Positions 1-11,484 of a stretch of 64,000 nucleotides of DNA are shown here, piece after piece (position 1 is the stretch's first letter; the number at the start of each line of letters is the position of its first letter). Under the pieces are notes generated by a model. The model had not been told where the DNA came from, ran no database searches, and saw only the letters and a list, made by a program, of their open reading frames with translations. Source of the DNA: Malacoraja senta. Lineage: Eukaryota. The position numbers and the translations under genes were made by a program. The stretch is taken from positions 12,030,001 to 12,094,000 of the forward strand of contig CM075988.1 of the NCBI GenBank assembly GCA_038087875.1, in the 5' to 3' direction.

Positions 1-190
1 CAGGGGGGGGGGCAGGCCAAAACCTAGTGAGTGATAGGTGGATACAGGGGAGGAATGATTGACCGATGTGTTGATGAAAATGAGACAAAAGTGTGTCTGA
101 TAAGGAGAGAAGAGGACTGAAATGTGCTCAGTGGGAGAGATATAGCTGGAAGAAGATATTGGGGGTGGGTGGGTGGAGTGGGTAGGGGTG
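1..190 (-). mobile_element. Penelope-like element 3' UTR fragment (purine-rich on + strand)
   Basis: Reverse complement (ccctgtatccacctatcactcactaggttttg...) resembles the pyrimidine-rich region preceding the hammerhead repeat at 3230-3310 and 41960-42030. Confidence 0.55.
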
Positions 191-196
191 ACTTAA

Positions 197-520
197 TGGC
201 GGTGCTTGATACAACAGCGCCAACGACCTGGGTTTGATCCTGACCGTAGATGCTATCTATGTGGAGTTTGCATGTTCTCCCTGTGACTGCCTGCGGGTTT
301 TTGATGTGTGCTCCGGCCTCCTCTTATATCTGAAAGATGAGTGGGTTTGTAAATTAATTTGCCTCTGTAAAAATAAAATGCCCATAGTGTATAGGGAGTG
401 GATGAGAAAGTGGGACAACACGCAATAGTGTAATGAGTGATCGATGGTTGGTATGAACTCTGTTGGCTGAAGGCCTGTTTCCATGCTGTGTCTCTCTAAA
501 GTAAAAGTTTAAACTAAAAC
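197..520 (+). mobile_element. HE1-type V-SINE (tRNA-derived)
   Basis: B-box-like GGTTTGATCC; V-domain TGTGGAGTTTGCATGTTCTCCCTGTG; CR1-like tail GGCTGAAGGCCTGTTTCCATGCTGT; TAAA-type repeat end. Confidence 0.85.
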
Positions 521-1139
521 CTTACTGCCCAGATTATCTCTTACGTTTGCAATTTTGCCTTGACTGTTTCCATCCTCCCTCGACACTCTTTGGCCGCACT
601 GCAATGAGCTGACATCAGCAAGTCCAGGCCCAGAGTAGTGTGACTGATGGGACATTCAGAACTCTTGAATTGCCTCTACAGTACAAGGCAATTCCTCCCT
701 CAAGACATCCAGCAACACTTGAGCCCATTTAGCCTTCTGTAAACAACTGAAGCTCTGCAGACCTCTAACCTTTTCCCCAAGACTTGTGCAGTCTCAATCA
801 CCATAATGGCATCATCGAACTTAAATAATTTATGCCTTCCACCAGTGTTGAGCTTCTCTCCTTCCACCTTTCCAGTATCCCTAGATCAAGGAACAGTACA
901 GCTCAGGAACAGGCTCTGTCGCTCACATTGTCTGTGCCGTTCATGACGCCAAATTAAAATATTCACGTCTACTTGCACGTGATTTATAACCCTCTATCCA
1001 CATTCCGGCTGAAGCTCCAATTAGCTGATTGTTATGTGAAGTCCATACAAATTGTGAACTTTTCCTATGATCTGTTTCCGGTGAATATTGTGAGTATTCC
1101 TGTCCTATCTAATGTTGGGGCACTTGATATTTTGAATTT

Positions 1140-2090
1140 TCACTGCTCAAAATGGGCTGCCCTTCACCTCAGGGCTTTCTGCCAAGGTACATTCTTCTTC
1201 TTCACTTGATGTGTGCTCCACACATTTGTTTTCCCACAACATTGTGGTCTTCGTGGACTCTTGAGGAATGGATTTCTTCCGATCAAATATCTCACTGCTG
1301 TACTAATGCAAGCTTTGCTTCAGTTGCTGCCCTTCACCACTTGTTGGCACATACCCGAACAGACAGCGCTACCAATCCACGACTTTCAAAAAAAAAATCT
1401 TAAATTCTCCTTCGAATGGAACTAAAGTTCCATTCTTGATTGATATCAGTCAGCACTATAATCCCACTCTTGGGAATATCATCTTCTCATACATTGCAAT
1501 CGAATTGTACCATAACATTTAACTTTATTCTACTCGGTTCTTTCTCAGTCTTAGCATGTAACCTTTGCATACATTTGCCCTGCATTCAACATGCTTTCTG
1601 CAGGAAGAAGGCATGTTTAACTGTTAAGCTCAGCTTTTTTACCCAAGACTTCACATTTGCCTTCAGATGGCTGTTGGTAAACACCGCCTGCACTGGTGCC
1701 CATGCACTGCTCTTAATCACCACATCCATCTCCTTGCAGAGAGCTGTGTTTCTGCTGTACTCTCACACTATTACATTTCCTACTCCCTGCTCAGGCAGCC
1801 ATCAACCTCTCATTTGCCATCTGAAGACAAATGTGAAGACTTGAGTAAAAAGCTGAGCTTAACAGTTGAACATGCCTTCTGCCCTGGAGAAAGCAAGTTG
1901 GACTCTGGGCAAATGTATGCAAAGGTTACATGATTGAACCTATGTTCAGGGTGGAAACCTCTGAACATAAATTGTTCAGGGGCTTCCACCCATTGTGAAA
2001 CATGTTCCACCCAATGGCATTCATGGTAATGGATCATCTTAAATAAACATTCTGAGGCGAGATACGAGGTACCAACCTTGTGCATCTACA
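1140..2090 (+). mobile_element. Highly degraded Penelope-like RT/endonuclease ORF remnant with internal inversions
   Basis: Decayed motifs MGCPSP (1152, cf. MGSPLSP), LKFSFE..VPFL (about 1400-1440, cf. LKFT.E...LPFLD), KHVP (about 1998) and PTLC (about 2072); many frameshifts. Confidence 0.4.
1555..1932. repeat. Long inverted repeat (117-bp arms 1555-1671 and 1816-1932)
   Basis: Arms are reverse complements with about 11 substitutions and 2 indels by manual alignment; the outer 26 bp are identical. Confidence 0.92.
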
Positions 2091-2859
2091 TAATTAGCAG
2101 CCACCTTGCCTTTCATCATGTTAGATTTTAGTGGAACCAATTTGTAGCTTCTGCTTAACTTGGCCATGAAGAAGATGACCACACTTCTATTGCTATCTCC
2201 TCCATCTGTGAATCATAGTCAGAGTGAACATTCTTGTAATCTGTCAGTGGCACCTCCATCTCCATACTGGTGGCTGCTGTGTACAGTCCACTCAATACAT
2301 AGTCTAACACATCTGGTGATTTTGCCTGAACTTTCTTGTTGGCCTATCCATGCACCAAATGATCTGTAAAATCTCAACGTAAAACGACCTTGGGATCCCC
2401 AACGCATGGTCAGTATCTTTAGCTTGACTGCTCAAATGCCTGCTGTTATCCATGGTCCTGGCTGCATCAAGCATGGGTTAAAATGTCCCTCGGGATATGT
2501 AAATGACCTTGTCTGTGACAGGGGTATTTATAAACTCTTCAACTTCTCACATGTCTTGGGCCTTGCATTACCACCATACACTTTTTGAGTACTGCCACAT
2601 TGCACTTTCCTGTACCTTTCCTTGGACCTGAAATAATATTGACAAATAATTTTCATCTATTCCCACTCGTATTTCAGTGAGAGATCTGCTACACTCCACC
2701 CACTTCAAAAATTATCCTCCAATCGCCCTGCTCCTTTCCCCTTCTTCATACACTCATGTCCCATCACCATATGCCCCATTTCATTCCCCCCCCCCTTCCC
2801 CCATCCCCTTCCACACATATCCCTCACTCTGGCTTTAAATTTCACTCCTCCTCTTCTCG

Positions 2860-3150
2860 CAGAAACATGCCCTTCAGCCCACCGGGTCCGCAACGACCAG
2901 CAATCCCTGCACACTAACACTATCCTACACACGCTAGAGACAATTTGCAATTATACCAAGCCAATTAGCCTACAAACCTGTACGTCTTTGGGAGTGTGGA
3001 AGGAAACCAAAGTTCTCGGAGAAAACCCATGCAGGTCACAGGGAGAATGTACAAACTCCGTACAGACAGCACCCATAGCCAGGGTCGAACCCCGGTCTCT
3101 GGCGCTGTAAGCGCTGTAAGGCAGCAATTCTACCGCTACGCCACTGCACC
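2860..3150 (-). mobile_element. HE1-type V-SINE inserted in a PLE 3' UTR
   Basis: Reverse-strand V-domain (GGGAGAATGTACAAACTCCGTACAGACAGCACC on +) and B-box; pyrimidine-rich PLE UTR on both sides. Confidence 0.88.
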
Positions 3151-3400
3151 ATTATCTAACATCCATTTGTCTCTTTACATCTCTAGCATTTGTCACTTGT
3201 TCCACCCATCTGTTAATCAATCCCCCCTCAACAGATTTCGCTTATCACTTGCCAGGCTTTGTCCCACACCCTCCTCTCTTTTCCTACCCTCTCCCTCCAC
3301 TCCAATCAATCTGTCCCAACCCGAAAAGTTGTCTGCCCATTCCCTCCACAGAAGCTACCTCGACCGCAGAGTATATTCAGCACTTTGTTTTCTGCATGAA
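3150..3400 (+). mobile_element. Old PLE 3' UTR plus degenerate terminal repeat
   Basis: Pyrimidine tract, then CCCAACCCGAAAAGT...CCATTCCCTCCACAGAAGCT...CAGCACTTTG. Confidence 0.6.
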
Positions 3401-3652
3401 AGCATAAGTTACACATAAATTATACTTAAATATCACAAGACTGTGAAAAGAAAAATAATAAATACACAATGCAGTTTAAGTGATAGTCTCACACAGGAAA
3501 TAACAGCATGTTGATAATGTATATTCAGTAACACTTAACTTTCACTGCCTTGTGAAAATAATCCCAAATCCGCACAAAGCTTCTTTTATAACTGTATTTC
3601 CTCAATCCAATGAATATTTTGTGATAAACACACAGGAGTTTGCAGGGAAACT

Positions 3653-3836
3653 GTATAGGAAGGAACTGCAGATGCTGGTTTAAACCGAAGATAGACACAA
3701 CATGCTGGAGTAACTTAGCGGGACAGGCAGCATTTCTGGAGAGAAGGAATGGGTGCCGTTTCGGGTCAAGGCCTGAAAGTCTGAAGAAGGGCCTTCTGCC
3801 TCTCCTGCTGAGTTACTCCAGCATTTTATGTCTATC
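3653..3836. mobile_element. PLE-derived fold-back unit
   Basis: Reverse arm with tail, forward arm with an internal deletion; AGTTTGCAG repeated on both flanks. Confidence 0.8.
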
Positions 3837-4129
3837 AAAAGTTTGCAGAGCATTTGAATCCTTCTTTTATTGTGGTCGCCAAAACTCTGAAGCAGTGATA
3901 CAGCTGCAGCAAAAAGGGCATGTACAAAATCTATTTCCTATTCATGTTTTTGCTTTCAACGTCTATTGAATAAAGGATTTTTAGTATTTTATTTATGGCT
4001 GCTTTTACTTGCATTTTTTTTAAACCTGTGAATGGCAAGATCTCCGTGATTTATTCCACGTAAAATGTTCTGTCTATGGCAGAATACACTGTAATCTATG
4101 GCCATGGCACATCATAAATTTCCACAATA

Positions 4130-4310
4130 AGCCAGTGACACAATAAGAGAATGATGTCCATTGAGTGATTAAATATTAGTGAGCAAAGAACTCCCCTGAT
4201 AATTCCCTGCATCAGCATCATGGAATCTTTGATATCCACTTCAGAAGACTTTAGTTTATTATCTCACTTGAAGGATAATACATAATCCTTCCGACTATTC
4301 CTTTTTATTA
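4130..4310 (-). mobile_element. Degraded DeuSINE (SacSINE1/AmnSINE1-like Deu domain)
   Basis: GAACTCCCCTG...CATGGAATCTTTGATATCCACTTCAG...TTTATTATCTCACTTGAAGGA resembles the recalled reverse Deu-domain consensus. Confidence 0.55.
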
Positions 4311-5360
4311 TGTTGCGGCAGCGATCTGGATTCTGTGGTGAAAGCTTTGAAATGGGACATGCATTTGCAGGTGTGTTAATCTTGTTATGTATTTGCCTCA
4401 TCATGATCTTTTTCACAATAACATACAAGGCCTGTTTCAAGTCCATTTGAAGATATCATGCTAAAATAATTAAGCCAGTGTGTTTGGACCCATGCCAATT
4501 TTTGTTACATTTTTGAAGTCCAAAAAGTTTGTTCCAGAATTTATTGTATTTAGCGTGCCGGCCAGATATTAAACACTTCAATTAATTGATTTTTCAAAGG
4601 GCATTTGGAGCTGTGAATTGGAATGTATCTGATTTTTGTATTGCCACGATGCCTATTGTAAATTAATTTCACCTCTTGACTGAACACAACCGAAAGCAGG
4701 CTGAATGAATTAAAATAGACGACATTATATCTTCTTTTTTAAAGGCTCATTTGAACTAGCTAAACTTTAATGTGATGCAAATGTCTGTCTGACAGCGAAG
4801 AATGTTGATGAGGGTGACATTAAGATAAAGAGCATAAGAAAATGACAGTTCAGAAGCCTTGTCACGCCATGTTGAGAATGATGTAACTGTGAATAGCAAT
4901 AAGCTTCAGCAGTGACAATGAGTGTAAGGGGAAAGAATGTGACCATTCATCTTTCAAAAGTCTTCGTAATTCCATTTTAATGCTAAGAAGTTCAAACGTA
5001 TCATCCAGAGAACATTAAACGCTATTGAATTGCTTTAACTTGGCCTTGCCTAGTCATTACATAAAAAAAGTAATTGTTCCAGATCTGGAATGGAGAAATG
5101 TCAAATCTGTTTTTAAAATTAGTCTCTGGAATTTTTTACTGCTTCAAAGGTTATTATTAAGTAACTTCAAGCATTTTTAAATGCAAATAACAGATTTTTT
5201 TGTTCATTCATGACGAAGTGGCAATTATTGGAATGCCCATACATTTTGAAAAGCCAACTATAATTTGTTGCAATAGACGACTATTTGCTGGTGATGGGGT
5301 TATGTATTTCTAGAGGTTGGAAAAATTACCAGTTCAGTCTCCTTGGCAAATTAGATATAT

Positions 5361-5590
5361 AACTGCAGATGCTGGTTCATATTGAAGATAGACACAAAAT
5401 GCTGGAGTAACTCAGCGGGACAGGCAGAATCTCTTGATATAAGGAGTGGGTGACGTTTCGGGTCTAGACCCTTCTTCAGACAGAAGCTTCCTCAGTTAGA
5501 AGAAGGGTCTCGATCCGAAACATCTCCCATTCCTTGTATACTGAGATGCTGCCTGTCCCGCTGAGTTACTCTAGCATTTTGTGTCTATTT
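5361..5590. mobile_element. PLE-derived fold-back unit with two hammerhead-type motifs
   Basis: About 95-bp inverted arms around a short spacer; only the left arm carries the extra tail. Confidence 0.88.
5448..5481 (-). ncRNA. Minimal type I hammerhead ribozyme motif, intact core
   Basis: Minus strand reads GU-CUGAAGA-A-GGGUCUAGACCC-GAAA-CG-UC-ACCC. Confidence 0.7.
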
Positions 5591-6407
5591 TGGGTATATT
5601 TGTTGTTTTCTACATGTTGCATTTCTTTTTGAGCAATTTCATAAGGAATCATAAGCACTTGATTTCAGCATCTGATTTTGAATGGAGCGCAGAAACTCTT
5701 AGCAAATTATTTTTGGTTACCAAACTGACTTCTTAAGCCCCACGTCATATTATATTTTAAAATAATTAAGGAGTTCAGAAAGGTCCACTTTTTGTGGGGA
5801 AATATTACCAGATGGCCACACAGCTGCCAATATTTTCCTGGGCAACTGACAACAACTTATGGTCTCCACTGTGACTGCAGAAGTCCTCATCTGCACATGG
5901 TAGTTTTTGCAAGAGTATTTGCAGGTTTTGTTATCTTCACGGACTGAGAACTTGTTCAATTTGTACGCAGCTTTGGAGAATGCACTCATGCAACCTATAT
6001 CGGATTAAACCTGGCACAAAAAACTGTGTGTCCTTCATTCAAATGGTTGAAAAAGGTCAAATGAGGTTTAGTTACATATCATAAAGTTACATTTTAAAAT
6101 TACTTCAGATTACTTAAATGTCAGTTTTGGCCATTTAAGTGCTTTAAGGCTTTTTTTTTATTTTGAATTTGCTCTTCTAAATATAGTTTTGAATATTTCA
6201 TACTCATAGCCTGTGGTTGTTGTTTTAGACCAGAGATGTGGAATACGGATTAGCCAAAATATTATTTGTACTGATGCATGGGGAGTCACTATTCTTGACT
6301 CCTGTGTTCCAGTGGTGAACAGAACATAGATCAAGAAAGGAGTAACTCAAATGGAGTGAGAATCAGCAAACTGACTCCCTAACTGACTCCTGTGAAGTCA
6401 GCTAGAA

Positions 6408-6539
6408 GTCTGAAGAAGGGTCTTGAGCTGAAACGTCACCCATTCCATCTCTCCAGAGAGGCTGCCTGTTCCGCTGAGTTATTCCAGCTTTTTGTGTTTA
6501 TCTTCAGTTTAAACCAGCATCTGCAGTTCCTTCCTACAC
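6408..6539 (+). mobile_element. PLE terminal repeat (hammerhead motif plus tail)
   Basis: AGTCTGAAGAAGGGTCTTGAGCTGAAACGTCACC...GCATCTGCAGTTCCTTCCTACAC. Confidence 0.85.
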
Positions 6540-6541
6540 TT

Positions 6542-6672
6542 AGATCAATACAGCACAAGAACAGGCTCTTCGGCCCACGATGTCTATTCCGAAAATGATG
6601 CAAGAACAACACTTATCTGCCTGTTCACAATCCATATCCCTCCACTCCCTGCAACTCCATGTGCTTAACAAA
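6542..6672 (-). mobile_element. CR1/HER1-type LINE 3' tail
   Basis: ATACAGCACAAGAACAGGCTCTTCGGCCCAC...TCCATATCCCTCC is the reverse of the CR1 3' end seen elsewhere in the window. Confidence 0.7.
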
Positions 6673-7604
6673 ATTACTCATAAACACAGAATATGGTTAA
6701 TTTTGTTCTGGTGGAACACTCTGGAGCTTTTTTTATAATTAAAATGTTGTTTGGATGATATTTCCCAAACATTTGAACATTCCAATGTTGATCCAATAAT
6801 TTGATCCTGCTGAATCCTGGACTTACCCAAGGCATCTGCCAAAAGGATTGGATAGTAGATTCTAGATTGTTCAGTATTTTCGACTTTGGAATTATCCTGC
6901 TTGGATCTTGGGAAATTAAATGGGGTGCGACTGCAGGAATTATTCTGAATTGAACAAAACTCTCAGATTTTTTTTTAATGATGATGTCCAAACAAGAAAA
7001 ATGTATTCATTTGTTAAAAATAACCCTTTTCTTACTTGTACATATGACACTAAGTCTGCTGCAAGAATTAAATTAATCATAGCTCTGGCATTAACTTGCA
7101 GCCAGTCCAAATGTTTAATGTGAGTATTGGCATTCTCAATAACATCATTGTCCTCTCTCACACAGTGAGAACATAGCATTTCAAAATTTCTCCAAGGAAT
7201 CTCTTAAGCCAAGCATTCTTCCAATACTATTATAATCTGTTTACTTCCCCAACTTGAATGTTCTTCTTTAGCACAGTGCTGTTGTCAGTTTCCTCAGTTT
7301 TCCTGCAGTTTATCCTCTTGTGTTCCAAAAATTGTGTTACTCCTAGACAAGTGCAAGGGCTAAGGCTCGCCTACACACTTTACATTCCCATGCTCAACTC
7401 ACTTGTCGTCAAAGCCTCCTGTCCTTGAATGACAGGTCTTGCAGTGTTGAAACAAACGGATGGATCTGACTCCTGTAACAAAGTGTTCTGCTGTCTTCAT
7501 GAGATGAATTTTTATTAGGTTTTGACAAGAAAGCAAAAAGTAATTGAAAGTGATTCAGTGTGGCTTGGTTTATGTTGGATGTGTACAAGAGTGGATGACA
7601 AGAG

Positions 7605-7882
7605 GTTGACCGACTGCCTTAGTGCCAGAGACCCAGGTTCGATCCTGATCACAGATGCTGGCTGTATGGAGTTTGTACATTCTCTCCATGTCCACGTGGG
7701 TTTTCTCTAGGTGCTTCGGTTTCCTCCCACACTCCATAGATGTGCAGCTTTGTAGGTTACTTGGCTTCTGTAAATTGTCTCTGGTATGTAGGAAGGTGTT
7801 AGTGTACGGGGTGGTCGCTGGTCGGCATGGCATTGTTGGGCTGAAGGGTCTGTTTCCATGCTGTATCTTTAAAGTCTAAAGA
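7605..7882 (+). mobile_element. HE1-type V-SINE
   Basis: GGTTCGATCC B-box, V-domain, GGGCTGAAGGGTCTGTTTCCATGCTGTATC tail. Confidence 0.88.
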
Positions 7883-8286
7883 ACCAAAGAGAGAAAAGAG
7901 AGAGGTACTGCAAGCAACAAGGTTAACACGATAATTATGGAAAATGATGAAGTAATGCCGAGGTGATCCAAATTAGCAGTAGTGTTGTGGAGGTTAAACT
8001 CATGGAGTGCATAAGAGATGGTTTTCTCAGAGAATTTAGATCTGGTGGTGCAATGAGCAAAGGTTAATAGGCTCTTTGGGGCAGTTAGGGAGTCTTTAGG
8101 GAAAATTAAATATGGTACTGATTTAGTTCAATCTGAAACCAGGATCTTAAATCTAAGCTGAGAAACCTACAAAGTTATGGTACGTGATTTAGCTATGGTA
8201 GTTGAGGAAATTATGTTCAAAAGTATAACAGTATATAAATTATGCTGAACGTTGTTTACAACAATTTATTTTCAATATATCTTTTT

Positions 8287-8526
8287 AAGTCAAGTCAAGT
8301 CACATTTATTTATATAGCACATTTAAAAAACAACTCTCGTTGGCCAAAGTGCTTTACATTTGTTATAAGAATAGCACAAACAAAACAAACTACATACATA
8401 TATACATGTAGCCCTCAATCCGAGGACATCAGGAAAGGCTTGGGAGTATAGATAAGTTTTTAGTCTTGACTTAAAAGAGTCGATGGAGGGGGCAGATCTG
8501 ATGGGAAAGGGGATGCTGTTCCACAA
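8287..8526 (-). mobile_element. L2-clade LINE 3' end
   Basis: Encodes WNSIPFPIRSAPSIDSFKSRLKTYLYSQAF (L2 ORF2 C-terminus); tail TGTAAAGCACTTTGG...GCTATATAAATAAATG then (GACTT)n. Confidence 0.88.
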
Positions 8527-8907
8527 CTGTTAAGCTAGTTCAAAGTTGGTCTAGCTCACGCTGGCTGGAAGAATTAAAGACAATATTTCATCATAGGATA
8601 AGGATGATGAATGTCAAAAGGAGCACTGGTCTGAACATTTAAACCTTGAGATCTCAACAAAGAAGCCCTAAAAGAGCAAAATAAAACAAAACCTGAGTTA
8701 TGAATGAGAAATTACATGGAAATAAAAGAGAAACATAAAAAGGAAAGGTGCATGCAGTTTTGGTCTCCAAATTTGAGAAATTATGTATTGATCGGGTAAG
8801 TTTAGTCTGGATTTAGCTTTAATCCTTGCAGAGAGAGACTGAGGGATGATCTCACATGGGGTATAAAATGATTCAACTTTTCTATGCCCCTCATGATTTT
8901 ATGCATC

Positions 8908-9516
8908 AATAGACAGTAGGTGCAGGAGTAGGTCATTCGGCCCTACGAGCCAGTACCTCGTTCCTGCCTTCTCCCCATATCCCTTGACTCCGCTATCTTT
9001 ATCTAACTCTCTCTTGAAAGCATCCAGAGAATTGGCTTTGAGGCGGAGAATTCCACAGATTCACAGCTCTCTGGGTGAAAAAGATTTTCCTCATCCCTGT
9101 TCTAAATGGCCTACCCTTTATTCTTAAACTGTGGCCCCGGTTCTGGACTCCCCCAACATCAGGAACATGATTCCTGCTTCTAGCGTGTCCAATCCCTTAA
9201 TAATCTTATATGTTTCAATAAGATCCCCTGTCATCCTTCTAAATTCCAGTGTATACAAGCCCAGTCGCTCCATTCTTTCAACATGTGACAGTCCCGCCAT
9301 CCCGGGAATTTACCTCGTGAACCTACGTTGCACTCCCTCAATAGCAAAAATGTCCTTCCTCAAATTTGGAGACCAAAACTGCATGCAATACTCCAGGTGT
9401 GGTCTCACTAGGGCCCTATACAACTGCAGAAGGACTTCTTTGCACCTATACTTAACTCCTCTTGTTATGAAGGCCAACATGCCATTAGCTTTCTTCACTG
9501 CCTGCTGTACCTGCCC
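8908..9516 (-). mobile_element. CR1/HER1-type LINE 3' fragment
   Basis: QAVKKANGMLAFITRG...LYRALVRPHLEYCMQFWSP...EGVQRRFTR; same subfamily as 43693-44338. Confidence 0.93.
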
Positions 9517-9534
9517 CCTCACTATGAAATTGTC

Positions 9535-9850
9535 CATCAGTTTGTTTCCAAGAGTTAGAGAATCGAACACGAAAGAGCATAACTTTAAGATGAGAGAGAA
9601 AAGATTTAATAGGGGCCTTAGGGGCAACGTTTCACAGAGAGGGTGGCAGACAGATGGAATGAGCTGCCAGAGCAAGTGGTTGAGACAGCTACAATAACAA
9701 TATTAAAAATACATTTGAACAGATACCTGGATAGGAAATGTAGAGAAAGATATGGGTCAGATGCAGGCAAAATGGATTAGCTTAAAGTGGGTATCTTGAT
9801 CAGCATGGATGAGTTTGGCCAAAGGGCTTGTTTCTGTGCTGCATGGCTCA
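9535..9850 (+). mobile_element. CR1/HER1-type LINE 3' fragment
   Basis: LFPRVRESNTKEHNFKMR-like frame, WNELP-like segment, CR1 tail GGCCAAAGGGCTTGTTTCTGTGCTG. Confidence 0.85.
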
Positions 9851-10094
9851 TTGATTATTTTGCGGAATGAGAAATTGCCAAAGAAATTTGACAAGTATTT
9901 CGAAGCTAGAAGTTATAGAAAAGCCGATAATTCTCGAGGATCAATGAACCAAAATCGCAAAGGCTTGAGAGATTGTCAATAACGGTACGGAATGCATTGG
10001 TTGTCATCTTCCAAGATACCATTTCACCAAGAATAATTCCCATAGATCCGCAGGGAGCAAATATAATCCTTCCATTAGAAAAGGGTGAGAGATA

Positions 10095-10920
10095 TTTAGA
10101 GAGACCTGGGTGTTACTTTGAACCAATCGCATAGATAAAAATTGGGTCACAATGAGCAATTACACAGGCAAACAATATGTTGGCTGCCTTTGCAGGAGCA
10201 TTTGAGTACACGAGCAAATGTGATTTTGCAGACTCAGCTCCCTGTTTTCAACTATTTTGGACATATTGTGCACAGGTCTGGTCTCTCCACCCAAAGGAAG
10301 GATGTACATTTGAGAGAAGCAGTGTAACCAAGGTCCACCAGATTGATTGTTGAGGTACTCCTCCAACAAGGAGAGACTCACTAAATTGTCTGTATAATCT
10401 GGGCGTATAGATTGAAAAGAATGTGAAACATAATTTTTACGGGGCTTCACAAGATCGTTACATGGATGATGTTTCTGCTGGTTGATGCATCCAGAAACAA
10501 GGATCACAGATGTTGTGAAGAGATGAGGGTGGTGACTCTTTGGATTTCATTCCTTTTGGAGGTCTGAGGAGACTCAATTCCTGAGTACATTCAAGTCCCA
10601 AATCAACAGAGAGGTACAATATCGCAGATATGGTCTCACCAGGGCCCTATATTTGTACAATGAGACATCTTTGCTCTTTTACTCAAACCCTCTTGCCCAA
10701 ATGATTCACACAGTGCTTGCTTTACAAATCGCTTTATGTCCCTGAGGTAGCTTGCATTAATCTGTGAGCAAGCACACCAATGCTTCACAGTCATTTCAAC
10801 CTTGCAACATTTAAAGTTTACTTTGTTTTTCTATCCCCAAGCGGATGGCTTCATGTTTTCTGATAGTATATTCCATTTGTCATGTCCTCACCTATCCACT
10901 GAGCCTCTATATATACTTTA
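10095..10920. mobile_element. Old CR1 ORF2 remnants (+ strand 10095-10615, - strand 10615-10920, continuing about 11495-11800)
   Basis: Decayed RDLGV and YCAQVWS-like motifs on +; GGTCTCACCAGGGCCCTAT on + marks the reverse-strand copy. Confidence 0.6.
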
Positions 10921-10924
10921 AGGA

Positions 10925-11158
10925 AGAGCATATTTCCCTCTGTTATCAGGCTATTGGGTACTTTCAGAAGCCAGGGTGCTGCCAATTCACCTCTACCTCA
11001 TTGAGGACATTGGATTTTGTCTACAGAACTGATGCACTACGTTGCTGGGAATTGTATTCTGCACTCCCTCTTTGCTCTATCATATTAGAGTTGAACGATT
11101 GGAAATCAAAGTTTTCTCTGTACCTCGGTCCATGTAACAATAATAATAAAACTATATC
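10925..11158 (+). mobile_element. Rex1/Babar-type LINE 3' end
   Basis: TTTCCCTCTGTTATCAGGCT (FP.VIRL) and tail TTTTCTCTGTACCTCGGTCCATGTAACAATAA. Confidence 0.7.
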
Positions 11159-11159
11159 T

Positions 11160-11484
11160 TAGTTCAGTTTAATTTAGAGATACAGCGTGGAAACAGGCCA
11201 TTCGACCCACCAAGTCCGCAAGGAACCAGCGATCCCCGCACATTAACACAAGGCTACTCGCACTGGGGGAAATTTACACTTATACCAAGTATACACATCC
11301 AAGCCAATTAACCTACAACCGTGTATGTCTTTGGAGTGGGAGAGGAAACCAAAGATCTCGGAGAAATCTCACGTGGTAACGGGGAGAACGTACAAATTCC
11401 GTACACCCGTGGTCAGGATCGAACTCGGGTCTCTGGCGCTGCAAACACTAAGGCAGCAACTCTTCCGCTGCGCCATCATACCGC
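11160..11484 (-). mobile_element. HE1-type V-SINE
   Basis: TTTAGAGATACAGCGTGGAAACAGGCC tail, reverse V-domain, CAGGATCGAAC B-box. Confidence 0.9.

Noticed and set aside
9131..9697. 188-aa + strand ORF, and similar ORFs at 27928, 28515 and 44154
   Set aside because: Antisense frames or chimeras of CR1 fragments, not host genes.
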